A program made the translations under genes and the position numbers. The notes beneath the pieces were generated by a model, which was not told the origin of the DNA, did no database searches, and saw nothing but the letters and a program-made list of their open reading frames with translations. Positions 10,224-18,999 of a DNA stretch of 64,000 nucleotides are shown piece by piece. This stretch comes from an uncultured Actinomycetota bacterium (GTDB taxonomy: Bacteria; Actinomycetota; Actinomycetes; Actinomycetales; CAWJMD01). The stretch is taken from the NCBI GenBank assembly GCA_963835085.1, contig CAWIED010000002.1:254603-318602 (forward strand). Reading direction: 5' to 3'. The first letter of the stretch is position 1. Every line of letters starts with the position of its first letter.

Positions 10224-11365
10224 GCCGTACTCAGCACCAGACTCTCGCCGGCTGCACCCTGGCGATCACGGCTGATCGGCGCTCCGGTGAGCTGGCCGCG
10301 GCGCTGCAACGCCGCGGCGCAGCGGTGCGGCATGCGCCGGCCCTGAGCATCGTCCCGCACGTGAACGACGCTGAGCTGGTCGAACGGACCAGAGACCTGC
10401 TCGCGGACCCTCCCGACATTGTGGTGGTCACGACCGGCATCGGCCTGCGCGGCTGGGTGGAGGCGGCCGACGCCGCTGGCCTGGCGGAACGGCTGCTCGG
10501 CGCGCTGTCTCGCGCCCGCTTGGTGGCCCGTGGGCCCAAGGCGCGAGGGGCCTTGCAGGCCAACGGACTTCAGCCAGACTGGGTGGCCGAGTCGGAGACC
10601 TCGGCCGAGATCATCGACGTGCTCGTCGACGAAGGGGTCGAGCGCCTGTCGATCGCCGTCCAACACCATGGCGCCGGCGACGACGGGCTGCACGAGGCGC
10701 TCACCCAGGCGGGTGCGCGAGTGCGCGATCTGGTCGTCTACCGATGGGGCCCGCCACCGGACGAACAGCTGGTGGCGGCGTCCACCCGGTGGGCCGCCAC
10801 GGGCGAGGTGGACGGCGTCGTCTACACCTCCGCCCCCGGGGTGGCAGCGTGGCTGTCGGTCGCGCAGCGGGAGGGGTTGCTCGACGACATCCGGCAGCGG
10901 GCCCGGGAGGGCGGCGTCGTACATGCCTGCGTTGGACCGGTGGCGGCAGCACCCTTGAAAGCCGTCGGAGTGCCGACTCTTCAGCCCGAACGCAGCCGGA
11001 TGGGTGCGCTCGTGCGCACCATCATCGCCCATTTCGAGGCCGAGGCCGAGGCATCCACCCTCACCCAGGGTGGTCGGCTCACGGTTCGTTCGGGGGGCGC
11101 CCTGCTCGACGGACGGTACGTCGCTCTGTCGCCGGGGCCCCTCGCTGTGCTGCGAGAACTGACTCGGGCCAACGGAGACGTGGTCGCGCGCGAACGTCTG
11201 TTGGCCGTGTTGCCGGGCGAATCCACCGACCCGCATGCGGCAGAAGTGGCGGTTGCCCGGTTGCGTGAAGGGCTGGCCGTCCCAGGAATCGTCGGCACGG
11301 TGGTGAAACGGGGCTATCGGCTGGGCATCGCCGCCTCTGGCGGCGAAGACTCCGCTGTGATGTGA
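10220..11365 (+). CDS. nnaR: NnaR-type regulator (HemD-like domain + C-terminal winged helix)
   Basis: ITADRRSGEL..TTGIGLRGW; C-terminal AVARLR..TVVKRGYRL; lies in the nitrate cluster. Confidence 0.88.
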   Translation: MSRTQHQTLAGCTLAITADRRSGELAAALQRRGAAVRHAPALSIVPHVNDAELVERTRDLLADPPDIVVVTTGIGLRGWVEAADAAGLAERLLGALSRARLVARGPKARGALQANGLQPDWVAESETSAEIIDVLVDEGVERLSIAVQHHGAGDDGLHEALTQAGARVRDLVVYRWGPPPDEQLVAASTRWAATGEVDGVVYTSAPGVAAWLSVAQREGLLDDIRQRAREGGVVHACVGPVAAAPLKAVGVPTLQPERSRMGALVRTIIAHFEAEAEASTLTQGGRLTVRSGGALLDGRYVALSPGPLAVLRELTRANGDVVARERLLAVLPGESTDPHAAEVAVARLREGLAVPGIVGTVVKRGYRLGIAASGGEDSAVM

Positions 11366-11372
11366 TCTGTTC

Positions 11373-11870
11373 GTGACCAAACCGGATGACTTAGGGCCGA
11401 CGCCGATCAAGGGTGACTACGAGGCCAGCCCCACCGACTGGGTACGGGCTCAAGTTGAGCAGATCGAGGCAGCCGGCGACACGACTCAGGTGCAGCATCC
11501 CTTGGGGCTGCAGGTCGTGCTGCTCACCATGCGCGGGGCCAAGAGCGGCAAGGTGCGCAAGGTGCCGTTGATGCGGGTGGAGCACGACGGCGCCTACTTG
11601 GCGGTGGCGAGCAAGGGCGGCGCTCCCGATCACCCCCAGTGGTATTACAACCTGGTGGCCGACCCTGACCTCGACCTGATGGACGGCCGGGTAAACCGCC
11701 CTTTCCGGGCGCACCTGGCCGAGGGGCCCGAGCGGGCGCTGTGGTGGGAGCGCGCCGTCGCGGCCTTTCCTCCCTACGCCGACTATGCAGAGCGCACCGA
11801 GCGCCAGATTCCCGTGTTCGTTCTCGAGCCGCGCGATGACGGGTCGGCCAGGGCTCGTTCCAACCAGTGA
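11373..11870 (+). CDS. F420-dependent (deazaflavin) nitroreductase family protein
   Basis: GAKSGKVRKVPLMRV..VASKGGAPDHPQWYYNL..RQIPVFVLE. Confidence 0.92.
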   Translation: MTKPDDLGPTPIKGDYEASPTDWVRAQVEQIEAAGDTTQVQHPLGLQVVLLTMRGAKSGKVRKVPLMRVEHDGAYLAVASKGGAPDHPQWYYNLVADPDLDLMDGRVNRPFRAHLAEGPERALWWERAVAAFPPYADYAERTERQIPVFVLEPRDDGSARARSNQ

Positions 11871-13060
11871 CTCAGCCACAGGTGGTGGTGGTCGGCGGCG
11901 GATTGGTGGGCCTGGCCACCGCCTACGCCCTCGTGCAGCGCGGGGTACGCGTCTGTGTGGTGGAGAAGGAGACTGTCTGCGGACTGCATCAGTCCGGGCA
12001 CACGTCAGGGGTGGTGCAGTCAGGGGTGTACTGCAGGCCGGGGAGCCTGAAGCTGCGGCTGACGTTGGAGGGTTCCGCCGCCTTGGAGCGGTTCTGTGCC
12101 GAACGCGGCATCGGGTTTCGCCGCACCGGTCAGTTGGTGGTGGCCACGAACGCGGCGGAGCTGAAGCGGCTCGCCGACCTGGCCCGGCGCGCCGACGCCA
12201 ACCAGGTATCCGTCCAGCCCTTGAGCCTGGCGCAGGTGCGGCAACGTGAGCCGCACCTGCTGGCCGTCGCCGGGTTGTGGGTGGAGCAGTCCGGGTTGTG
12301 TGACTACCCGGGGGTGGTGACGGCCCTGAGCGAGGAGCTGGCCGCCCGCGGAGTCGAGTTCCTGATGGACACCAGGGCCCTGCGCGTCTATGAGCGCTCG
12401 GGTCGCGCCCACGTGCTGGTGCAGGACGACGAGCGCACCCGGGCCGTGACTGCGAACCAGGCGGTGGTGTGCGCCGGGCTGTTTGCCGACCGGCTCTATC
12501 CGAGCCGTCCCGGATCGCGAAATGGCATCCAGATCGCACCTTTTCGCAGCGAGTACGCAGAGCTGGTGCAGCCTGCGGCAGACCTGGTGCACGGGCTGGT
12601 GCATCCGGTGCCCGATCCGGCGTCACCGTTCGTCGACCTGGAGATCGTCCGCGGTCTCGACGGCCGGGTGCGGGTGGCCTCCACGGTCGTGCCGGCGTTG
12701 TCGCGAGAGGGTTACCGTCGCCGCGACGTGAACCTGGCCGACCTGCGGGAGTCGATGGCCTTCGCCGGCACCTGGCGCCTGGCGCGGCGCAACCTGCGGT
12801 TCGCGTTGGGCCAGGCGACCCGGTCGGTGGTCAAGCCTGCTCTCGTGCATTCGGTGCGCCGGCTGCTGCCCGGGGTGTCCGCGCGTGACCTGGTGTCATC
12901 CGGGTCAGGAGTGCGTGCCCACGCGGTGCGCGACGACGGAACCCTGGTGGACGACTTCGAGATCCGCCGGGTCGGCCCGGTGCTGCATGTGCTCAATGCT
13001 CCGTCGCCGGCGGCCACTGCGTGCCTGGCGCTGGGGGAACATCTGGCCCAGCAGCTTTAA
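11867..13060 (+). CDS. lhgO: L-2-hydroxyglutarate oxidase-like FAD oxidoreductase
   Basis: GGGLVGLA, HQSGHTSGVV..YCRPGSLK, HVLNAPSPAAT. Confidence 0.85.
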   Translation: MTQPQVVVVGGGLVGLATAYALVQRGVRVCVVEKETVCGLHQSGHTSGVVQSGVYCRPGSLKLRLTLEGSAALERFCAERGIGFRRTGQLVVATNAAELKRLADLARRADANQVSVQPLSLAQVRQREPHLLAVAGLWVEQSGLCDYPGVVTALSEELAARGVEFLMDTRALRVYERSGRAHVLVQDDERTRAVTANQAVVCAGLFADRLYPSRPGSRNGIQIAPFRSEYAELVQPAADLVHGLVHPVPDPASPFVDLEIVRGLDGRVRVASTVVPALSREGYRRRDVNLADLRESMAFAGTWRLARRNLRFALGQATRSVVKPALVHSVRRLLPGVSARDLVSSGSGVRAHAVRDDGTLVDDFEIRRVGPVLHVLNAPSPAATACLALGEHLAQQL

Positions 13061-13123
13061 GGGCCCGCCGACAAGTAACCGCTTATTTCCCGGTGCGCCC
13101 TAAGCCGTCGATACCCTCCCGGA

Positions 13124-13939
13124 ATGGACGCAGCAATGGCCGCCGAACGCGACCGGTACCTCACCGCCTGGCGCCAGGGAGTCGATGACTTGCTTCTGGT
13201 CATGGACGAGCTAGTCCCGGAAGACCTGGCGAAGCCCACCGACTGCCCGGGCTGGACGGTGCACGACGTGGTGGCCCATCTCGCGGCGATCGAGTCGGAT
13301 TTGGCCAACGGGACCAGATCGCTGGCCGGCCCGTCGGCCGGGGCTCGAGCGATCTCGGCGGAGTACACGCAGGCGGGAGTAGCTGCCCGCGCAGGACGTA
13401 CTCTCGCCGAATTGCGAGCGGAATTCGCGCGCTCGGCCGACCGGCGTGCGGCGGCGCTCGCGGCGGATCCGCCGGACGATCTCGACGCACCCGCGTGGCT
13501 GTCGCCCAGCGACGTGAACTGGGATTGGCGCACTCTGTTGCGAAACCGCGTGGTCGACGTGTGGGTGCATGAGCAGGACATTCGTCGCGCCGTGGGCAGG
13601 CCGGGCAACCTCGACTCCCCGGCCGCCGAGGTGGTGGTGCGCACCTTCGCCGGCGCGTTGCCGTTCGTCGTGGGGCGCAAGGTGCGTCCGCCGGTGGGCA
13701 CGGTGATCGAGCTGGACGTCGACGGCTTGCCCCTGCAGCGGTTGGTCATCGACGACTCCGGCCGCTGCGTGATGGCACCGGCGGATGAGCGTGCCGTCGC
13801 GGTCACAGTGCGGCTGAGCCGGGAGGCATTGACCCTTCTCGGGGCCGGCCGCCGAAGGCCAGGCGATGTGGCTGCATCGGTGGCCGGGGATGTCGAGCTG
13901 GGCGAGCGGATTCTCGCCAGCCTTGCGGTGACGCCCTGA
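13124..13939 (+). CDS. Mycothiol-dependent maleylpyruvate isomerase family protein
   Basis: PTDCPGWTVHDVVAHL, DVWVHEQDIRRA. Confidence 0.88.
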   Translation: MDAAMAAERDRYLTAWRQGVDDLLLVMDELVPEDLAKPTDCPGWTVHDVVAHLAAIESDLANGTRSLAGPSAGARAISAEYTQAGVAARAGRTLAELRAEFARSADRRAAALAADPPDDLDAPAWLSPSDVNWDWRTLLRNRVVDVWVHEQDIRRAVGRPGNLDSPAAEVVVRTFAGALPFVVGRKVRPPVGTVIELDVDGLPLQRLVIDDSGRCVMAPADERAVAVTVRLSREALTLLGAGRRRPGDVAASVAGDVELGERILASLAVTP

Positions 13940-13950
13940 CCTACCCGGCG

Positions 13951-14060
13951 CGCCTGAACTCCCCGTCCGCCTGAACTACCGGGCCGCCTGAACTACCGGA
14001 TTGGCTGGACTACCGGCCCGCCTGAACTACCGGCCCGCCTGAACTGCCGGCCTGCCTGGC
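13951..14060. repeat. 17-bp tandem repeat, about 6.5 copies (CGCCTGAACTACCGGCC)
   Basis: Units start at 13951, 13968, 13985, 14002, 14019, 14036, between convergent genes. Confidence 0.9.
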
Positions 14061-14098
14061 GAGCCGTTACCCGCGAGCCAGCGCCCTGGCCCTCCGCG

Positions 14099-14569
14099 TC
14101 AGGCTTCGAGACGGGGGAGGTGCCGCTGATCGATGTCGACCACCTTGCCCACCCGGCGGGCGTACTTAGGCTCGTCGGTGCCGAGGTAGCTGGTGTCCAT
14201 CCAGGCCTCCACGCAGGCCAGCGCGATGGCCGAGCCGATGATCTTGCCGCCCAGGCACAGCACGTTGGTGTCGGAGTGCGAGCGGGCCAGCCCGGCGCAG
14301 AACGGGTCTTGAGCCACGGCGGCGAAGACGGCCGGCACCTTGTTGGCGATCATGGCGCTGCCGTAGCCCACGCCGTCGACGAACAGGCCCCGTTCGGCTT
14401 CGCCGCGGGCCACCGCCAATGCTGCCGGGTAAACGTAATCGGGTAGGTCGCAAGCGGTTTCGTCATCGGGCCCGAAATCGTGTACGTCGTGGCCGCGGGC
14501 TTCCAGCCAGCCGGCGATCTCGCGTTTGAGGGCGTAGCCGGCGTGGTCGGAGGCCATGGCGATGCGCAT
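14099..14569 (-). CDS. rpiB: RpiB/LacA/LacB family sugar-phosphate isomerase
   Basis: ASDHAG..LK, ANKVP, ARSHSDTNVLCLG; the usual CGTG motif reads DGVG here. Confidence 0.8.
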   Translation of the reverse strand: MRIAMASDHAGYALKREIAGWLEARGHDVHDFGPDDETACDLPDYVYPAALAVARGEAERGLFVDGVGYGSAMIANKVPAVFAAVAQDPFCAGLARSHSDTNVLCLGGKIIGSAIALACVEAWMDTSYLGTDEPKYARRVGKVVDIDQRHLPRLEA

Positions 14570-14662
14570 GGCCCGACGTTACGCCGCTCGGTTGCTCAGT
14601 GGTGGAGCGTGTCGGGCTCGCGTACCCGCTTGATGCCGTACCGGGCCGTCTAGCCGAACTAG

Positions 14663-14852
14663 GTGCCAACCGCGGCGAATGCGCCGCGTGCGGCACCACC
14701 TAACGACCCCAACCCCGGCCCGGGCCCTCAATCGGGTGCCAACCGCGGCGAATGCACCGCGTACAACACCACCTAACGACCCCAACCCCGGCTCCGGCCC
14801 TCAGCCCAGTGCCAACCGCGGCAACTTCACCGCGAACGGCACCACCCAACGA
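14663..14852. repeat. 73-bp tandem repeat, about 2.6 copies
   Basis: GTGCCAACCGCGGC..CACCACCTAACGACCCCAACCCCGGC at 14663, 14736, 14809. Confidence 0.85.
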
Positions 14853-15079
14853 TTCCGGACAGTGATGCGTCGAGTCTGGTTTCGGCAGGGCTTGAAGGAG
14901 GGCGGTTTCGGACGCTATGGCGATCCCCGCCGGACGGGGCATCGCCATAGCGCAGGAAACCCTCCGGTCTGCGACTCTCGAAACCACCCTTTACGGAAGA
15001 CCTGGACAGGTCGCGGCTTACCACCTCCCGGCTCCGTCCACCTGTCGCCCGGCTCTGCTCCTTCGCCTCTAGGCTGCCC

Positions 15080-15295
15080 GTGCGTCGCTGAACTGGCCCA
15101 CCTGTTACAGCACCTCACCAGCGGCGTGCAGGCCCTGGCCTACCGGGCGCCGACAACGGGCTGCCCGTCCGTCGCTGCGCCACCTGGGTAAGGGCAGGGG
15201 CGCTTTAAACCCAGCCCTACCCCCACCGAACCTGCCTCGCGACACTCCACCACAGAGCTCGACACCCACATCAGGCGACTAACCGAACGGCATCG
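15080..15295 (+). mobile_element. Degenerate 3' end of an older IS4-like element
   Basis: TAACCGAACGGCATCG (15280-15295) resembles the neighbouring IS end TAACTGAACGGTATTG; left boundary approximate. Confidence 0.45.
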
Positions 15296-15305
15296 GGCCT
15301 AGTCC

Positions 15306-16772
15306 CAATACCGTTCAGTTAGCGATGGCTGACTTTGATGGTTGTCTGCTGGTCGGGTTGGGGGCAGGTGGCGTGGGCGGCGCGTTTGACGTGCCATTTG
15401 GTGTATTTCCGCTTGATCACGCGCGGGGCTGAGCGGCGCCGCCGGGCGGGGTTGAGCCGTCGCAGGAGTCGGCGGAGGAAGTCGAGCCAGCTTGGGCTGT
15501 CGGTGGGGTTGTGGTCAGGGGGAAAAGACGCCCGGGTGGGCGAGGGTCTGGCGGGTGATGCGTAGCGCGGCGACGAAGCTGACCCGGTCGGGGTCGTGCC
15601 CGGAATGGGTCGCGGCCTCGGCCATCAGGGAACGGATCGCGAAGTGGCAGCACAGATGGCCCCAGATCTCTTGGAGCACCAGGTCGGGTGACTTGCTGCG
15701 TAGCACGGTGCGTGGCCCGCGTTGGTGGGTCTTGAGCTCGTCGAAGATCGACTCGATCTCCCAACGTTGCGCGTAGGCCGCAGCGAGATCGGTCGCGCTG
15801 GCCTGGCCGGGATCTAAGACGGTGGTGAAAAGCCGATAGCTGTGGGGGTTCTCGCGGCCGTCGTCGAGGGTGTAGTCGATCACGCGCACTCGCATCGGAT
15901 CCGCGGAACGGGCCTCGGCGGAGTGAGTCTGGCGCAGGTCTGCCAGCCAGGAGCCGTCAGGAAGGTCCTCGAGATGGACCGGCTTGGGTCCGGACTTGTC
16001 GGTGCGGATACGCCACAACAGGTCCGCGCCGCTGCCCGATCGCCTTGCGCCACAGGGCATAGGAGAAGAACCCGCGGTCCGCGGTCAGCAGCATCCCCGG
16101 CGCCAGCCGGTCCAGGAGACGATCAGCCAAGACGGCCTCGGACTCGGGGTAGCTGCCGACCTGAGCTGCGAAGACCGCGTGCGTGCCACACTCGGCCAGC
16201 GCGACAACCCGGGCCTGAGGGAAGGCCGCCCGCTCGCCCTTGTTCACCCCCGGCCGGCCGAAGTACTCGGCATTCACCGTGGTGTCGGCGACATCGAGAC
16301 ACGTCCCATCGACCGCGACCAGCCGCCGCCCGGCCAGCCACACCCCCGCCGTCTCGTCGGTACCGATCGGTCTGGCGACCCTCTCGAACAACACTGCCAG
16401 CGGCTGCGCACCCAACCGTGCTCGGGCCTGGAAAATCGCCGACTTGCTCGGCGGACTGTACGTCTCAGTCCACCCCGAGGCCCACGACAGCCCATCAGTC
16501 AACTGCGCCAACACATCCTCATAAGAGCCCTCCGAGTACAAAGCCATCCCGATCGAGAAATACGCCATCACCCGCGCCGGCAACGACCGATGACGCTGCT
16601 CAGTCCTACCGACCTGCGCGATCACCTCATCAACCAGCTCCGCCGGGAACACCCGCGTCAACACCCCCACCGACACCAGATCGGACAAGCGGCGCTCAGT
16701 CTCCGGCTTCTTCCATCCAGCACGCGGCATACCACCAAACTACACCGCTGTAACCTTAACTGAACGGTATTG
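15306..16772 (-). mobile_element. IS4 family insertion sequence
   Basis: Perfect 16-bp IRs CAATACCGTTCAGTTA; 10-bp target duplication GGCCTAGTCC at 15296-15305 and 16773-16782. Confidence 0.93.
15515..16730 (-). pseudogene. IS4 transposase with a frameshift near 16036
   Basis: VAVDGT, ADRGF, YAQRWEIESIFDELK (YREK motif) split over two frames by one extra G. Confidence 0.85.
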
Positions 16773-16775
16773 GGC

Positions 16776-17546
16776 CTAGTCCAGGGCTGGCACGTGATCG
16801 AGCAGCCGGCGGCCCTGAGGGTAGGCAGCCACCGCTGCCGGCAGCTGGCCGGGGCGTCCGCTGAGCACCACGTCGATCCGCCCGCTGCCGGTGAGCGGCC
16901 GGCCGAGCGCGGCGATCCGGCGCAGCGTCTGCCGGGCGACGGCCGGGGCGCTGTCGACGAGGGTGACCTGGGGCAGTCGGGCCAGGATGCGGTCGGCCAC
17001 TAACGGGTAGTGCGTGCAGCCGAGCACGATGGCCGGACAGTCGGGCGGCGTGGCCGCCACCGCCGCGTCGAGCGCCGGCTCGATGAGCTCGTCCCGGCCG
17101 GAGTCGATGGCCTCCGCGAGCGCGTGGCAGGCCACCGGGGTCACCGCACGATCGGCCGCGAACGCCTCGATGAGGCTCTGCTGGTAGGCGCTCGCCGTGG
17201 TGGTGGCGGTGGCCCAGACGGCGAACCGGTCGAAGGCTGCCGCAGCGGGCTTGATCGCGGGAACCGTTGCAATCACGGGAATCTCAGGTTCGAGCTCGGC
17301 GCGAAGGGCGTCGAGCGCCACGACGCTGGCCGTGTTGCAGGGCACCACCACGGCCTGCACCGACAGCTCGCGCGCCGCCTCGACGGCCACGAAGACCCGC
17401 TCGATCACGCTCTCGCGCGAGCGGGGGCCCCAGGGGGCGCAGTCGGGGTCCATGCACAGCAGCAGGTCGAGGTCGGGCGACGACTCGGCCAGCAGGCTGG
17501 CCGTCGGAATCATGCCCAGGCCGGAATCGATCAGCGCCACACGCAT
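16776..17546 (-). CDS. murI: Glutamate racemase
   Basis: LIDSGLG, PWG, PCNTAS, VPAIKPA, LGCTHYP. Confidence 0.92.
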   Translation of the reverse strand: MRVALIDSGLGMIPTASLLAESSPDLDLLLCMDPDCAPWGPRSRESVIERVFVAVEAARELSVQAVVVPCNTASVVALDALRAELEPEIPVIATVPAIKPAAAAFDRFAVWATATTTASAYQQSLIEAFAADRAVTPVACHALAEAIDSGRDELIEPALDAAVAATPPDCPAIVLGCTHYPLVADRILARLPQVTLVDSAPAVARQTLRRIAALGRPLTGSGRIDVVLSGRPGQLPAAVAAYPQGRRLLDHVPALD

Positions 17547-17569
17547 GGGTCCATCTTGGCCCACCGCGC

Positions 17570-18835
17570 TCAGACCAAGAACCGGAACAGCGGACTGTCG
17601 GTGGGCACGGGCTCGATCCGCAGCCGGGCGGCGGCCATCCGTTGCAGCAGGGGCACCAGGTCGTCGGGGTGGGCGATCTCGATGCCCACCAGGGCGGGGC
17701 CCACCTCGCGATTGTTGCGTTTGACGTACTCGAAGAGCGTGATGTCGTCGTCGGGGCCGAGCACCTGGTCGAGAAAGCGGCGCAACGCACCGGGCTCCTG
17801 AGGGAACTCCACGAGGAAGTAGTACTTGCGACCCTCGAAGATCAGTGCCCGTTCCACCACCTCGGCGTAGCGGCTGACGTCGTTGTTGCCACCGGAGAGC
17901 ACGCACACCACGCGCTGGCCGGGCTCGACCCGCACGGTGTCGCCGAGAGAGGCCGAGGCGAGGGCTCCGGCGGGCTCGGCGATGATGCCGTCTACCTGGT
18001 AGAGCTCGAGCATCTCGGCGCAGACCTTGCCCTCGTCGACCGGGCCTACGGCCACGCCGGCTGCCTGGATGAGCGGGAACGTCAGGCTGCCCACCTTGCC
18101 GACGGCCGCTCCGTCGACGAAGGTGTCGAGCTCGGCCAGTTGCACGGGCTCGCCCGCCTCCAGCGCGGCCGCCAGGCACGCGGCTCCGGCAGGCTCCACG
18201 CCGGCGATCTGCACATCGGGATAGCGCGCCCGCAACCAGGTGGCGCAGCCGGCGAGCAGGCCCCCGCCGCCCACAGGAACGACGAGCACGTCGGGCTCGA
18301 ACCCGGTCTGCTCCAGCAGCTGATCCATCAGCTCGATGGCGACGCTGCCCTGTCCGGCGATCGTGGCCGGGTGATCGAAGGCCGGGACGATGCTCGCGCC
18401 GGTGTGCTGCGCGTCCTGCTGGGCCATGCCGGCGGCCTCGTCGTAACTGTCGCCGAACAGAACGATCTCGATCGCCTTGCCTCCCAGGGAGGCGATCCGG
18501 TCGCGCTTCTGCCGCGGGGTGTTGCGGGGCAGGTAGACGCGGCCCTGGATGCCCAGTTGAGCGCATGCGTAGGCCACGCCTTGGGCATGATTTCCGGCGC
18601 TGGCGCACACCACGCCCCGGGCCCGCTCGAGCTCTGATAGCCCCCACATGAGGTTGAACGCGCCGCGCAGTTTGTAGGAGCGCACCGGTTGCAGGTCTTC
18701 GCGCTTGAGCCATACCTCGGCATCGAACAGCTCCGAGAGCCGCCGGCTCTGCTGCAGCGGCGTCTGCACCACGGTGCCCTCGAGCGCCCGGGCGGCGTCT
18801 TCGACCGCGTCGGCGTTCACTGCAAGGTTCTTCAC
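17570..18835 (-). CDS. ilvA: Threonine dehydratase, biosynthetic
   Basis: LKREDLQPVRSYKLRGA, SAGNHAQG, C-terminal ACT FPQEPGAL. Confidence 0.96.
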   Translation of the reverse strand: MKNLAVNADAVEDAARALEGTVVQTPLQQSRRLSELFDAEVWLKREDLQPVRSYKLRGAFNLMWGLSELERARGVVCASAGNHAQGVAYACAQLGIQGRVYLPRNTPRQKRDRIASLGGKAIEIVLFGDSYDEAAGMAQQDAQHTGASIVPAFDHPATIAGQGSVAIELMDQLLEQTGFEPDVLVVPVGGGGLLAGCATWLRARYPDVQIAGVEPAGAACLAAALEAGEPVQLAELDTFVDGAAVGKVGSLTFPLIQAAGVAVGPVDEGKVCAEMLELYQVDGIIAEPAGALASASLGDTVRVEPGQRVVCVLSGGNNDVSRYAEVVERALIFEGRKYYFLVEFPQEPGALRRFLDQVLGPDDDITLFEYVKRNNREVGPALVGIEIAHPDDLVPLLQRMAAARLRIEPVPTDSPLFRFLV

Positions 18836-18944
18836 GTCGTCTGATTCCTGTCCACAAGGTCGCGGCCCGATGCGCCCACGCTACGGCGCAAGCCGGCCAG
18901 GCCGTCGGGCGGACCACCGGCGTGGCACAAAAGGGGCCGGGCCC

Positions 18945-18986
18945 AAAACGCCCGGCCCTCCCGACAGGGTCGGAGAGGGCCGGGCG
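18945..18986 (-). terminator. Intrinsic terminator after ptsI
   Basis: GC hairpin CGCCCGGCCCTC...GAGGGCCGGGCG followed by TTTT on the minus strand. Confidence 0.75.
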
Positions 18987-18999
18987 GGTGGATCGTCGA

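Noticed and set aside
13951-14852. Possible CRISPR arrays (17-bp and 73-bp repeats)
   Set aside because: Units are contiguous, lack unique spacers, and there are no cas genes in the window.
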